DNA from: Clostridia bacterium
GTDB taxonomy: Bacteria > Bacillota > Clostridia > UBA1212 > DUPL01
Assembly: GCA_050951325.1 (NCBI GenBank)
Contig: JBMNIW010000012.1
Span: forward strand, 448,001-512,000
Direction of reading: 5' to 3'
Length of the DNA: 64,000 bases
Shown here: in pieces, positions 51,885-61,058 of the stretch
Layout of the letters: the number at the start of each line of letters is the position of its first letter
How positions within the stretch are numbered: position 1 is the first letter of the stretch
Notes under the pieces: generated by a model
Told to the model about the DNA's origin: nothing
The model's database searches: none
What the model saw: the letters and a program-made list of their open reading frames with translations, nothing else
Translations under genes and position numbers: made by a program

Positions 51885-53549
51885 TCAGTTTATCTCCTTT
51901 GCAATATTTTTTAGTCTTTTCATTACATCGTTGCCGCCTCTTCCAAAGTAGTCATGCAGCAATTTATACTCTTCATACAGTTTTGTGTATGTTTTTGCGT
52001 TTTCAGGATTTGGTTTGTATACAAAGTCATCAACTTTGCCCATGTTTCCAATCGCTTCATAAACGTCATCATAGCCGCCTAGCTTGCTGCCTGCCGCTAC
52101 AGATGCATATATAGCAGAGCCTAAAGCCGAGGCATACGATGTATGCACAACGGATATGGGCATGTTCGTCACATCCGACAAAATCTGCATAATTAAAGGA
52201 TCCTTCTTGGCAATTCCTCCAGCAGCCACAATTTCAGTTATTGGTATGCCGCTTATCTTGAAGTTGTCAATTATTGTTTTTGTTCCAAAGGCGGTGGCTT
52301 CTATCAAAGCCCTGTAAACTTCCTCTGGTTTTGTTCTCAATGTCATTCCAACTACAAGACCGGACAAGTCAGCATCTACAAGAACGCTTCTGTTTCCATT
52401 CCACCAGTCAAGGGCTACAAGACCGCTTTCCCCTGCTTTCAATAGAGATGCTTTCTGTCTCATGTATGCATAAATGTCCATTCCATGATTTTTGGCTTCT
52501 TCATAATATTTATATGGTACATTGTTTTCTATGAACCAGGCGAAGTGGTCTCCGCCGCCGCATTGACCAGCTTCATAACCGTAAAAGCCTGGAAGTATCC
52601 CGTCCTCCACAACACCACAGATGCCTGGGATGGGCATTTCATCAGAATGGAGCACTTTATGTACATAGGATGTTCCGAGTATCAGAAGCATTTTGCCGGG
52701 ACCTGTGATTCTTGCCGCAGGTAGACACGCATGACCATCAATGTTTGCCATGGACACAGGTGTACCAACATTTAAGGTTGTCAATTTTGCTCCTCTTTCA
52801 GTCAGGGTTCCTGCTCTGGTATATGAAGGGTATACTGGAAGACCAAGCTTGGTTTCATAGATATTCTCAAGTCTAGGGTCAAGCTGTTTTAAAAACTCCT
52901 TGCTTGGATAGCCTTCTCTTTTGTTCCACAGACCTTTGTAACCTGCGCAGCATGCATTGACTTTTGCTTCTTCGCACATAAGCCAGGTAAGCCAGTCTCC
53001 TGCCTCTATAAAATAGTCCATTTTCTCAAAAATCTCCGGAGCTTCATCCATTACTTCCATAAGCTTTGGAAGAGCCCATTCAGACGAGATTTTTCCACCA
53101 TAACGAATAAGCCAATTTTCGTCTCTCTCATTGGCAAGATCGTTTATCCTGTTGGCTTTGTCCTGGGCTGCATGGTGTTTCCACAGCTTTACATAGCTGT
53201 GTTCGTTGGACATGAATTCCGCCAGAAAGCAAAGTGGCGTGCCGTCTTTGAAAACGGGAAGAATCGTGCAGGCTGTAAAGTCAATACCTATACCGATGAC
53301 ATCATCTTTTGATACTTCTCCAATTTTTAGAACCCTGGGTACAACTCTTGCTAATGCATCCAGATAGTCTTGGGGATGTTGAAGTGCCCAGTCTATGTCC
53401 AGCTTTTTTCCGTTTGGAAGCTTTTCATCCATGACGCCGTGTGGATACTTGTACTCACAGCTGGCTATTTCTTCTCCAGTCTTTGCATGTACCAGCAAAG
53501 CTCTTGCAGACAATGTACCGAAATCTATACCAATAACATACTTTGCCAT
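51885..53549 (-). CDS. araB: Ribulokinase
   Basis: GIDFGTLSAR, IDFTACT, LWKHHAAQ, YGGKISSEW, DWWNGNRS. Confidence 0.92.
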   Translation of the reverse strand: MAKYVIGIDFGTLSARALLVHAKTGEEIASCEYKYPHGVMDEKLPNGKKLDIDWALQHPQDYLDALARVVPRVLKIGEVSKDDVIGIGIDFTACTILPVFKDGTPLCFLAEFMSNEHSYVKLWKHHAAQDKANRINDLANERDENWLIRYGGKISSEWALPKLMEVMDEAPEIFEKMDYFIEAGDWLTWLMCEEAKVNACCAGYKGLWNKREGYPSKEFLKQLDPRLENIYETKLGLPVYPSYTRAGTLTERGAKLTTLNVGTPVSMANIDGHACLPAARITGPGKMLLILGTSYVHKVLHSDEMPIPGICGVVEDGILPGFYGYEAGQCGGGDHFAWFIENNVPYKYYEEAKNHGMDIYAYMRQKASLLKAGESGLVALDWWNGNRSVLVDADLSGLVVGMTLRTKPEEVYRALIEATAFGTKTIIDNFKISGIPITEIVAAGGIAKKDPLIMQILSDVTNMPISVVHTSYASALGSAIYASVAAGSKLGGYDDVYEAIGNMGKVDDFVYKPNPENAKTYTKLYEEYKLLHDYFGRGGNDVMKRLKNIAKEIN

Positions 53550-53692
53550 AATATTATCCTTTCTTTAAATTGATAATACATTATCATTGTACACTAAAAT
53601 ACAATTTATTTAAATAGCTTGGATGAACTTGTTAACATAGAAGGCCATTGAATGGCAGAGCAGGCTCAAAGGAGTTTGCTTTTTATCTTTTC

Positions 53693-53721
53693 TTGACATA
53701 ATTTTATGTTCGCTATATAAA
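53693..53721 (+). promoter_or_regulatory. SigA-like promoter for the GH20 gene
   Basis: TTGACA-N17-TATAAA. Confidence 0.55.
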
Positions 53722-53726
53722 TTAGT

Positions 53727-55469
53727 ATGAGCATTATGAAAGAGTGGTGTAAATCTATGAATGGAATAGTTATATATCCTGTGCCGAAAAAGGTTAAGTA
53801 TTATGACTGTGCTATTGATTTTGACGAAAGTGAAGTTAATGTAAAGTTTAATGAGAAAATGAGGAAAGAAGAGTATATTATTACCGTGGACAAGGATGGT
53901 GTATGCATTAAATGCAGGGATGACGAAGCCTTGTTTAGGGCAAGAACAACCTTGAAGCAGATCTTGAGTCAGACAGGAAAGCAAATACCATATTTGAAGA
54001 TTGAGGACTGGCCTGATTTCGAAGACAGAGGCCTTATGATAGATATTTCAAGATGCAGGGTCCAAACTCTTGATACATTGAAAAGGATTGCCGACATTGC
54101 CAGTGAGTTGAAATTCAACCAGATGCAGCTGTATATTGAAGGGTTTTCATTTGCATACGAGGACTATCCTCAGGTTTGGGAAGGAATAACTCCTCTTACT
54201 GGAGAGGAAATCAGCGAGCTTGACAAATACTGCAAAGAGAGATTTGTTGATTTGGTGCCAAACCAAAACAGCTATGGTCACATGATGCCCTGGCTTGAAA
54301 GAGAAGAGTTCAAACATCTTGCCATGTGTCCTGACGGTTTCTACTTCGAACTGTTTGGTCACATGAAAACGGGCTGGTCATTGGATCTGCAGGATGAAAA
54401 AGCTCTTGAGTTTCTCTTTGGTTTGTATGATGACCTTTTAAAATTCTTCTCCTCGGACAAATTCAACGTATGCTGCGATGAAACCCTTGATCTGGGCCAG
54501 GGAAAGAGCAAGGAAGCCTGCGAAAAATACGGAAAAGGACATGTTTATTATGAAGGTCTTATGAAGATATATGAGAATGTGAAATCCCGTGGTCTTAAGA
54601 TGATGTTTTGGGGTGACATAATTCTTAATCACCCTGAATATGCAAAAAAACTTCCCAAGGATGTCATTGCTCTCAACTGGGGCTATGATGCAAACGATGT
54701 GAGCGAGGAAAGCTGCAAATGCTTCCAGCAAGCTGGTGTGCCATATTACGTATGTCCAGGCACCAGTGCATGGAATTCCATCTGGGGCATGACGGACAAG
54801 ATGATGAGCAATATTAGAACTTCCGCATACAATGGACTCAAATATGGAGCAGTAGGATACCTGCTTACTGATTGGGGCGACTTGTGGCATCTGCATCATC
54901 TTCCTGTTAGCTATCCTGGCTACTGCTATGGAGCTGCCATGGCATGGAATGCCTGTGAGGAGCAGGAAAAGTATCTGGCAGAGTATATGAACATGTTCAT
55001 CTTCAAGGATAAGAATAATGTTATGGGACAGCTTCTTATTGACATGGGAAGGTATATCAACGAGGAAATGATTGACAGGCTGCCCAAGTATGGAAGAACC
55101 CATCTTGCACATATTCTTTGTGGAAGTCTTGAGGAAAAGGATACTGCCGCAGAAGTAACAAAGGATAATCTTATCAAGGTTTATTCGTATATAGAGGAGA
55201 AGCTGACAAGACTTCAAAAGGCCTCCATGGAATGCGATGATGCTGATTTGATTAAGCTTGAGGTTGAAGCTGGAGCCATGATTCTTAAGTTTGCATGTCT
55301 GCTTGGTTTGTACAAGATTGATGGATACGATGTAAGCAAGGAGACTTATTTGAAAGTCTTGAAAGAGATACAGGACAAGACCATTGAGATGCATAAAAGA
55401 GCATGGCTTGCTAGAAACAAGCCAAGCCGCATGCATGAAGGTGTGGAGGCTCTTGCAAAAATCAAGTAG
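53727..55469 (+). CDS. GH20 beta-N-acetylhexosaminidase-like
   Basis: IEDWPDFEDRGLMIDISR, NSYGH, CCDET, MFWGD, TDWGD. Confidence 0.85.
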   Translation: MSIMKEWCKSMNGIVIYPVPKKVKYYDCAIDFDESEVNVKFNEKMRKEEYIITVDKDGVCIKCRDDEALFRARTTLKQILSQTGKQIPYLKIEDWPDFEDRGLMIDISRCRVQTLDTLKRIADIASELKFNQMQLYIEGFSFAYEDYPQVWEGITPLTGEEISELDKYCKERFVDLVPNQNSYGHMMPWLEREEFKHLAMCPDGFYFELFGHMKTGWSLDLQDEKALEFLFGLYDDLLKFFSSDKFNVCCDETLDLGQGKSKEACEKYGKGHVYYEGLMKIYENVKSRGLKMMFWGDIILNHPEYAKKLPKDVIALNWGYDANDVSEESCKCFQQAGVPYYVCPGTSAWNSIWGMTDKMMSNIRTSAYNGLKYGAVGYLLTDWGDLWHLHHLPVSYPGYCYGAAMAWNACEEQEKYLAEYMNMFIFKDKNNVMGQLLIDMGRYINEEMIDRLPKYGRTHLAHILCGSLEEKDTAAEVTKDNLIKVYSYIEEKLTRLQKASMECDDADLIKLEVEAGAMILKFACLLGLYKIDGYDVSKETYLKVLKEIQDKTIEMHKRAWLARNKPSRMHEGVEALAKIK

Positions 55470-55554
55470 CGTATAATTATGGAAACTAATACTTTATATA
55501 AAGAGGAAAGTATGGTAAAATACAAAAGAGTATCATAAAGGAGGTTGCACAGAT

Positions 55555-56115
55555 ATGCTTAACAAAAGTGATTATAAACGATTCAGTGAAAAGATGGACA
55601 AATCCATCGCTGTTCTTGAGGATCAGTTGACGCAGATACGTGCCGGAAGAGCAAATCCCAGTATTTTAAACAAAATAACAGTTGAATATTATGGTGTTCC
55701 AACACCTATTAATCAGTTGGGCAGCATTAATGTTCCTGAAGCCAGGATGCTTGTTTTCCAGCCTTGGGATGTTTCCGTACTGAGTCTGGTTGAGAAGGCT
55801 ATCCAGAAATCTGATATCGGCATAAACCCGAACAACGATGGAAAAGTAATCAGAATCGCATTCCCTCCTTTGACTGAGGAACGCAGAAAAGAGCTTACTA
55901 AGCAGGTCAAGAAAATGGGAGAGGATACTAAGATTGCAATCAGGGCTATAAGAAGGGAAGCCAACGAGTATTTCAAAAACCTTGAAAAGAAGTCTGAAAT
56001 AACGGAAGACGAGTTGAAAGTGGCGGAAAAGGATGTTCAGGAGATGACAGACCAACATATCGAAGAAGTGGACAATGTCGTCAAGAAGAAAGAAAAGGAA
56101 ATAATGGAGATATAG
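55555..56115 (+). CDS. frr: Ribosome recycling factor
   Basis: IRAGRANP, YYGVPTP, PPLTEERRKEL. Confidence 0.97.
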   Translation: MLNKSDYKRFSEKMDKSIAVLEDQLTQIRAGRANPSILNKITVEYYGVPTPINQLGSINVPEARMLVFQPWDVSVLSLVEKAIQKSDIGINPNNDGKVIRIAFPPLTEERRKELTKQVKKMGEDTKIAIRAIRREANEYFKNLEKKSEITEDELKVAEKDVQEMTDQHIEEVDNVVKKKEKEIMEI

Positions 56116-56117
56116 TT

Positions 56118-56150
56118 GACAAGTCCCCACCTTAAGTGGGGATTGTGTCA
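56118..56150 (+). terminator. Hairpin between frr and uppS
   Basis: TGACA..TCCCCAC-loop-GTGGGGA..TGTCA. Confidence 0.45.
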
Positions 56151-56164
56151 GTTAGGAGTGAAAT

Positions 56165-56890
56165 ATGTTGAAGGAGAATGATAAGAAGAGCCTACCTATG
56201 CATGTGGCCATAATTCCCGATGGAAATAGGAGATGGGCAAAGGCAAAAGGCTACCCTGTGAAATATGGGCATAGACAAGGGGCAAATACATTCAAGGAAA
56301 TTGTCAGGTATGCCGGTGAGCTAGGCATCAAATATATTTCCTTTTATGCCTTTTCTACTGAGAACTGGAAAAGAAGTCCTTCAGAAGTGGAAAGTCTTAT
56401 GGAACTGTTGAGAGGATTTCTGAAAAATTCAGATAAGGAACTGGGTAAAGACAAGGACAAGATTAAGATAATGGTTTCAGGCAAAATTGACAGATTGTCG
56501 CCTGAACTTCAAAAAGAAATCAAAAGAATAGAAGAAGAAACCAAAGAAAACACGGGTATTATCGTCAATATCTGCATAAACTATGGTGGAAGAGATGAAA
56601 TATTGGAATGCACAAAGCAAATCTGTCGAAAAGTTGTGGAAAAAGAGATTAGTATTGATAAAATAGATGAGGAGGCTTTCATTTCCCATCTGTTTACAAA
56701 AGACCTTCCCGACCCCGACCTGCTTATTAGAACCAGTGGGGAAGTAAGGATTTCGAACTTTTTGCTGTGGCAGCTTGCCTATACCGAACTGTATTTTACT
56801 GAAAAGTTATGGCCCGATTTTGGTAAAAAGGATTTCGATGCGGCTTTGAAGGAGTATATCGAACGACAGAGGCGTTTTGGAGCAAATTGA
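56165..56890 (+). CDS. uppS: Undecaprenyl diphosphate synthase
   Basis: HVAIIPDGNRRW, FSTENWKR, RTSGEVRISNFLLWQ. Confidence 0.97.
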   Translation: MLKENDKKSLPMHVAIIPDGNRRWAKAKGYPVKYGHRQGANTFKEIVRYAGELGIKYISFYAFSTENWKRSPSEVESLMELLRGFLKNSDKELGKDKDKIKIMVSGKIDRLSPELQKEIKRIEEETKENTGIIVNICINYGGRDEILECTKQICRKVVEKEISIDKIDEEAFISHLFTKDLPDPDLLIRTSGEVRISNFLLWQLAYTELYFTEKLWPDFGKKDFDAALKEYIERQRRFGAN

Positions 56891-56903
56891 CTGGGAGGTT
56901 TAC

Positions 56904-57743
56904 ATGAAAGTAAAAACTATAGCGGGCTTTATAACGGCAATAGTCGCTCTCGTTATTGTCATTCTTGGCGGAACAACCATGGGGGTAGTATTGCTTTTTC
57001 TAAATATAATTGGATTATATGAGTTCTATCATATATTTGAACTTAAGGGACATAAACCGATAAAATGGGTTGGTCTTCTTTACATTCCGCTGATACCATT
57101 CATATTTATTAACAACATATCCGAGCCCCTTACAATAAAAATAGCAGGTACAAAGGACATAAATCTGTTTACCTTCATCCAGTATGTGGTTATGGCCTTG
57201 CTGTTGGTAATTATTGTAGTAAGACACAAAAAGCACAATATAATAGACGCTGCCATAACCGTTATGGGAGGATACTATGTGGTGTTTCTATCAAGCTTTT
57301 TCCTTTTGCTCAGATACAAGGAGTCGGGAGTGTTTTTGTTCTTTATTGCACTGGTGGGAACTGTATCTTCCGACACAGCAGCCCAGGTATTCGGGGTGAA
57401 GTGGGGAAAGAAAAAGCTCATTCCTGAGGTCAGCCCCAAGAAAACGGTTATTGGAAGCTTTGGAGCATTTGTAGGTCCATTGATTTTTGTAGTATTGTAC
57501 GGCTACATAATAAACAGACTGGGATATGTAAATATTAAACTGTACCATTTTGTAATTCTGGCCATACTTTTGGGAGCAGGTGCACAGATTGGAGATCTGG
57601 CGGCATCTGCAATGAAGAGATACGCAAATGTTAAAGATTTTGGTAAGCTCATACCGGGACATGGTGGAGTACTGGACAGGATTGACAGTCTTTTGTTCTG
57701 TGTACCAATGGTATACTACTACTTGAGATTTATAAGCATTTAG
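56904..57743 (+). CDS. cdsA: Phosphatidate cytidylyltransferase
   Basis: VSPKKT, KDFGKLIPGHGGVLDRIDS. Confidence 0.95.
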   Translation: MKVKTIAGFITAIVALVIVILGGTTMGVVLLFLNIIGLYEFYHIFELKGHKPIKWVGLLYIPLIPFIFINNISEPLTIKIAGTKDINLFTFIQYVVMALLLVIIVVRHKKHNIIDAAITVMGGYYVVFLSSFFLLLRYKESGVFLFFIALVGTVSSDTAAQVFGVKWGKKKLIPEVSPKKTVIGSFGAFVGPLIFVVLYGYIINRLGYVNIKLYHFVILAILLGAGAQIGDLAASAMKRYANVKDFGKLIPGHGGVLDRIDSLLFCVPMVYYYLRFISI

Positions 57744-57754
57744 AAGGAGAACAT

Positions 57755-58924
57755 ATGGTAAAGACCGTTTCAATCATAGGATCGACGGGTTCCATCGGGA
57801 CCCAGACCCTTGAGGTGATAAGGGAACTGAATGAAAAGGGAGCGGATATTCGTGTAATAGCGCTCAGTGCTGGGAACAATGTAGGCTTGCTTTTGGAACA
57901 GGCAAGGGAGTTTAATGTAAAGTACTTATCGATAGTCAGGGAAAAAGATGCGGAAACCTTAAGAGAGAATCTGAGGGATATAAATCCGGAGGTATATTCC
58001 GGTGATGAAGGATTAAATAGAATAGCTGAAATCAAGACGGATCTTCTCTTTACTGCAATAGTGGGAATGCGCGGACTTCTGCCCACAATAACCGCCATAA
58101 ATGCAGGCAACAATATTGCACTGGCCAACAAGGAAACTCTTGTCAGTGCAGGCAGTATAGTAATGAATCTTGCAAAAGAGAAAGGTGTTATAATTTTTCC
58201 TGTTGACAGCGAGCATAATGCAATACTGCAGTGTCTGGACGCAGGACAGAAGAAGGATGTAAAGAAACTCATACTTACAGCATCGGGAGGCCCTTTCAGG
58301 GCTTTTACAAAAGAGGATATGTATAAAGTGTCCGTGGAGGATGCTCTTAATCATCCCACCTGGAATATGGGAGGAAAGATTACCATTGATTCCGCAACCC
58401 TTATGAACAAGGGACTTGAGGTAATTGAGGCTATGCATCTTTTTGACATGGATGCTGAAGACATAGAGGTTGTGGTACATCCGCAGAGTATTATTCATTC
58501 CATGGTATGTTACAAGGATAACAGTGTCATTGCTCAATTAAGCATGCCAAGCATGAAATTGCCTATCCAGTATGCGTTGACTTATCCTGACAGGATGGAG
58601 TCACGTATACCGCAGGTATCCTTTGCAGAGATTGGTACTCTAACCTTTGAGGAGCCTGATTTGGATAGATTCCCATGCCTCAAGTACGCATATGAAGCTG
58701 CAAGGACAGGTGGTACCATGCCTTGTGTTATGAATGCAGCAAATGAAGTATGTGCGGAAAGTTTTCTAAGAGGCGAAATCCCGTTTATGACGATTTCCGA
58801 GATTGTAAAAAAAGTTATGGAAGGACATAAAAGTTTGCCAAGTCCTGATTTGGAGGATATACTTATGTGTGACTTGGAAGCCAGAAGAACAGCAGGAGGA
58901 ATTATAGATGGATATGTTAGGTAG
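57755..58924 (+). CDS. dxr: 1-deoxy-D-xylulose 5-phosphate reductoisomerase
   Basis: GSTGSIG, LANKE, PVDSEH, NKGLEVIE. Confidence 0.97.
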   Translation: MVKTVSIIGSTGSIGTQTLEVIRELNEKGADIRVIALSAGNNVGLLLEQAREFNVKYLSIVREKDAETLRENLRDINPEVYSGDEGLNRIAEIKTDLLFTAIVGMRGLLPTITAINAGNNIALANKETLVSAGSIVMNLAKEKGVIIFPVDSEHNAILQCLDAGQKKDVKKLILTASGGPFRAFTKEDMYKVSVEDALNHPTWNMGGKITIDSATLMNKGLEVIEAMHLFDMDAEDIEVVVHPQSIIHSMVCYKDNSVIAQLSMPSMKLPIQYALTYPDRMESRIPQVSFAEIGTLTFEEPDLDRFPCLKYAYEAARTGGTMPCVMNAANEVCAESFLRGEIPFMTISEIVKKVMEGHKSLPSPDLEDILMCDLEARRTAGGIIDGYVR

Positions 58925-59966
58925 TGTGTTAATTATGCTCTTTATGCTCAGTATACTCGTCGTGGTACACGAGTTTGGGCATTTTATAGCGGCCAGACTG
59001 TTTAAAGTCAAGGTTGAGGAGTTTTCCATATTCATGGGTCCAAAGATCTTTTCAAGAGTGAGCAAGAAAACCGGAACAAGATGGTCGATAAGAGCTTTGC
59101 CGATAGGCGGATTTTGCCTTATGGAAGGAGAAGAGGAGACGGTACAGAGTTCGACTTCCTTTGACTCCAAACCCTGGTATGCCAGGGCGGTAATTTTGCT
59201 TGCCGGAGCTCTTATGAATCTGCTTTTAGCCATCCTCATTATTGCCATTATGTTTTCTTTTTTTGGTTATGAAACAAACAAGGTTTCCGAAGTGTTGGTC
59301 GCTGAGGAAGGCACATATCCTGCTCAGGAACTTGGCTTTGAGGTAGGAGACAGAATCATATCCTATGACGGAAAGAGAGTCCATACTCCGAATGATTACC
59401 GTATTTTTGAAATGGTTGACAAGGATATGACAAGTGAGATTGAAATAAAGAAGGCGGATGGCACGGTCAGGAAACACACTATAGAAAGAGAAAAGCTTGA
59501 AAATGGAGCAAAAAGCTATATAGGTTTCCGTTTTGGTGTCGAGAAAGGCAACTTCTTTGGCATATTAGGAAACACCATGCTCTATATTTTCTCCTTGATT
59601 AAGTCTGTTTTCTACGCAATCTTCTGGCTCATAACCGGCCAGCTCGGACTTGACGCCGTAGCAAGTCCGATAGGAATGACGGGTATTGTCAATGAGGTGG
59701 TTCAACAGGATGCTTCCTGGCTTCCAAAACTGCTTGCACTTATTAATATGACTGCTTTAATAAGCGCAAACCTTGCAGTTTTCAATCTGCTTATAGTGCC
59801 AGGCCTTGATGGCGGAAAACTATTGTTTATACTTATTGAGCTTTTAAGAGGAGGAAAAAAGATTTCCCCGGAGACAGAAGCAAAATTCTCATATGTCGGA
59901 ATCGGACTGCTTCTGTTGCTTGCATTGGTTGTAGCAGGAAATGACATACTAAGACTGATAAGATAA
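58908..59966 (+). CDS. rseP: RIP metalloprotease RseP/RasP
   Basis: HEFGH, PDZ-like middle, NLLIVPGLDGG. Confidence 0.92.
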   Translation: MDMLGSVLIMLFMLSILVVVHEFGHFIAARLFKVKVEEFSIFMGPKIFSRVSKKTGTRWSIRALPIGGFCLMEGEEETVQSSTSFDSKPWYARAVILLAGALMNLLLAILIIAIMFSFFGYETNKVSEVLVAEEGTYPAQELGFEVGDRIISYDGKRVHTPNDYRIFEMVDKDMTSEIEIKKADGTVRKHTIEREKLENGAKSYIGFRFGVEKGNFFGILGNTMLYIFSLIKSVFYAIFWLITGQLGLDAVASPIGMTGIVNEVVQQDASWLPKLLALINMTALISANLAVFNLLIVPGLDGGKLLFILIELLRGGKKISPETEAKFSYVGIGLLLLLALVVAGNDILRLIR

Positions 59967-59972
59967 GAAGGA

Positions 59973-61055
59973 TTGGGGATTCAATTGTATCTACGGAATG
60001 AAACCCGAGTTGTTCGTGCAGGTAACGTTTATATAGGTGGCGGTAATAGAATCAGTGTGCAATCAATGACTAATACCGATACCAGGGACGTAAAGAGCAC
60101 CGTAAAACAGATAAGGATGCTTGAGGAAGCGGGCTGCGACATTGTAAGGGTCGCAGTTCCCGATTTGGAAGCCGCAATTGCTGTAAAAGAGATAAAGAAA
60201 CAGATTAATGTTCCTTTGGTCAGCGACATACATTTTGACTACAGGCTTGCTTTGGAGTGTATTAAAAATGGAGTAGACAAGGTAAGAATCAACCCTGGCA
60301 ATATTGGGGATAGAGACCGGGTTGAACAGGTTGTAAAGGCGGCGAAGGAAAGAAACATTCCCATAAGGATTGGAATTAATTCAGGCTCTCTGGACAAAAG
60401 TATAAAGGAAAGATACGGGCTTTCAAAGGAAGCTTTGGTGGAAAGCGCCATGGAACACATAAAGATTTTGGAGGGTCTTGATTTTTACGATATTGTAATA
60501 TCGCTAAAAGCTACAAACATTAAATTGTGCGTCGATTCATATATGCTGATGGCCAACATGAGGAATTATCCTCTTCATGTGGGTGTAACCGAGGCGGGAA
60601 CCTTCCTGTCTGGAACCATCAAGTCGTCTGCTGGCATCGGCGCAATTCTCATGCAGGGGATTGGTGATACCATAAGAGTCTCTCTTACCGGGGATCCTGT
60701 CAGGGAAATAGAAGTGGGAAAGAGCCTTCTTGCTGCATTGGAACTGGGAGGAAGGAATTTTACTTTCATTTCCTGTCCTACTTGCGGAAGAACAGAGCTT
60801 GATTTGACAGGTATTGCAGAAGAGGTGGAAAAGGCGCTTTTTGAAATGGACGGAAAGGGGGAGATAAAGAGGCATATTACCGTTGCGGTGATGGGTTGTG
60901 CTGTGAACGGACCTGGAGAAGCCTCGCATGCTGATATTGGCATTGCAGGTGGCAGAAACGAGGCACTTTTGTTTTCTAACGGAAAGATTGTAGGCAAATT
61001 GAAAGGCGATTCAATAGCAGAACAATTCATACAAAAGATTAGGGAGTTAGGATAA
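59973..61055 (+). CDS. ispG: HMBPP synthase
   Basis: VQSMTNT, RINPGN, GDTIRVSL, CPTCGR, GCAVNGPGE. Confidence 0.97.
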   Translation: MGIQLYLRNETRVVRAGNVYIGGGNRISVQSMTNTDTRDVKSTVKQIRMLEEAGCDIVRVAVPDLEAAIAVKEIKKQINVPLVSDIHFDYRLALECIKNGVDKVRINPGNIGDRDRVEQVVKAAKERNIPIRIGINSGSLDKSIKERYGLSKEALVESAMEHIKILEGLDFYDIVISLKATNIKLCVDSYMLMANMRNYPLHVGVTEAGTFLSGTIKSSAGIGAILMQGIGDTIRVSLTGDPVREIEVGKSLLAALELGGRNFTFISCPTCGRTELDLTGIAEEVEKALFEMDGKGEIKRHITVAVMGCAVNGPGEASHADIGIAGGRNEALLFSNGKIVGKLKGDSIAEQFIQKIRELG

Positions 61056-61058
61056 GTC

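Noticed and set aside
54438-55436. 332-aa minus-strand ORF
   Set aside because: Lies wholly antisense to the GH20 gene; no motifs
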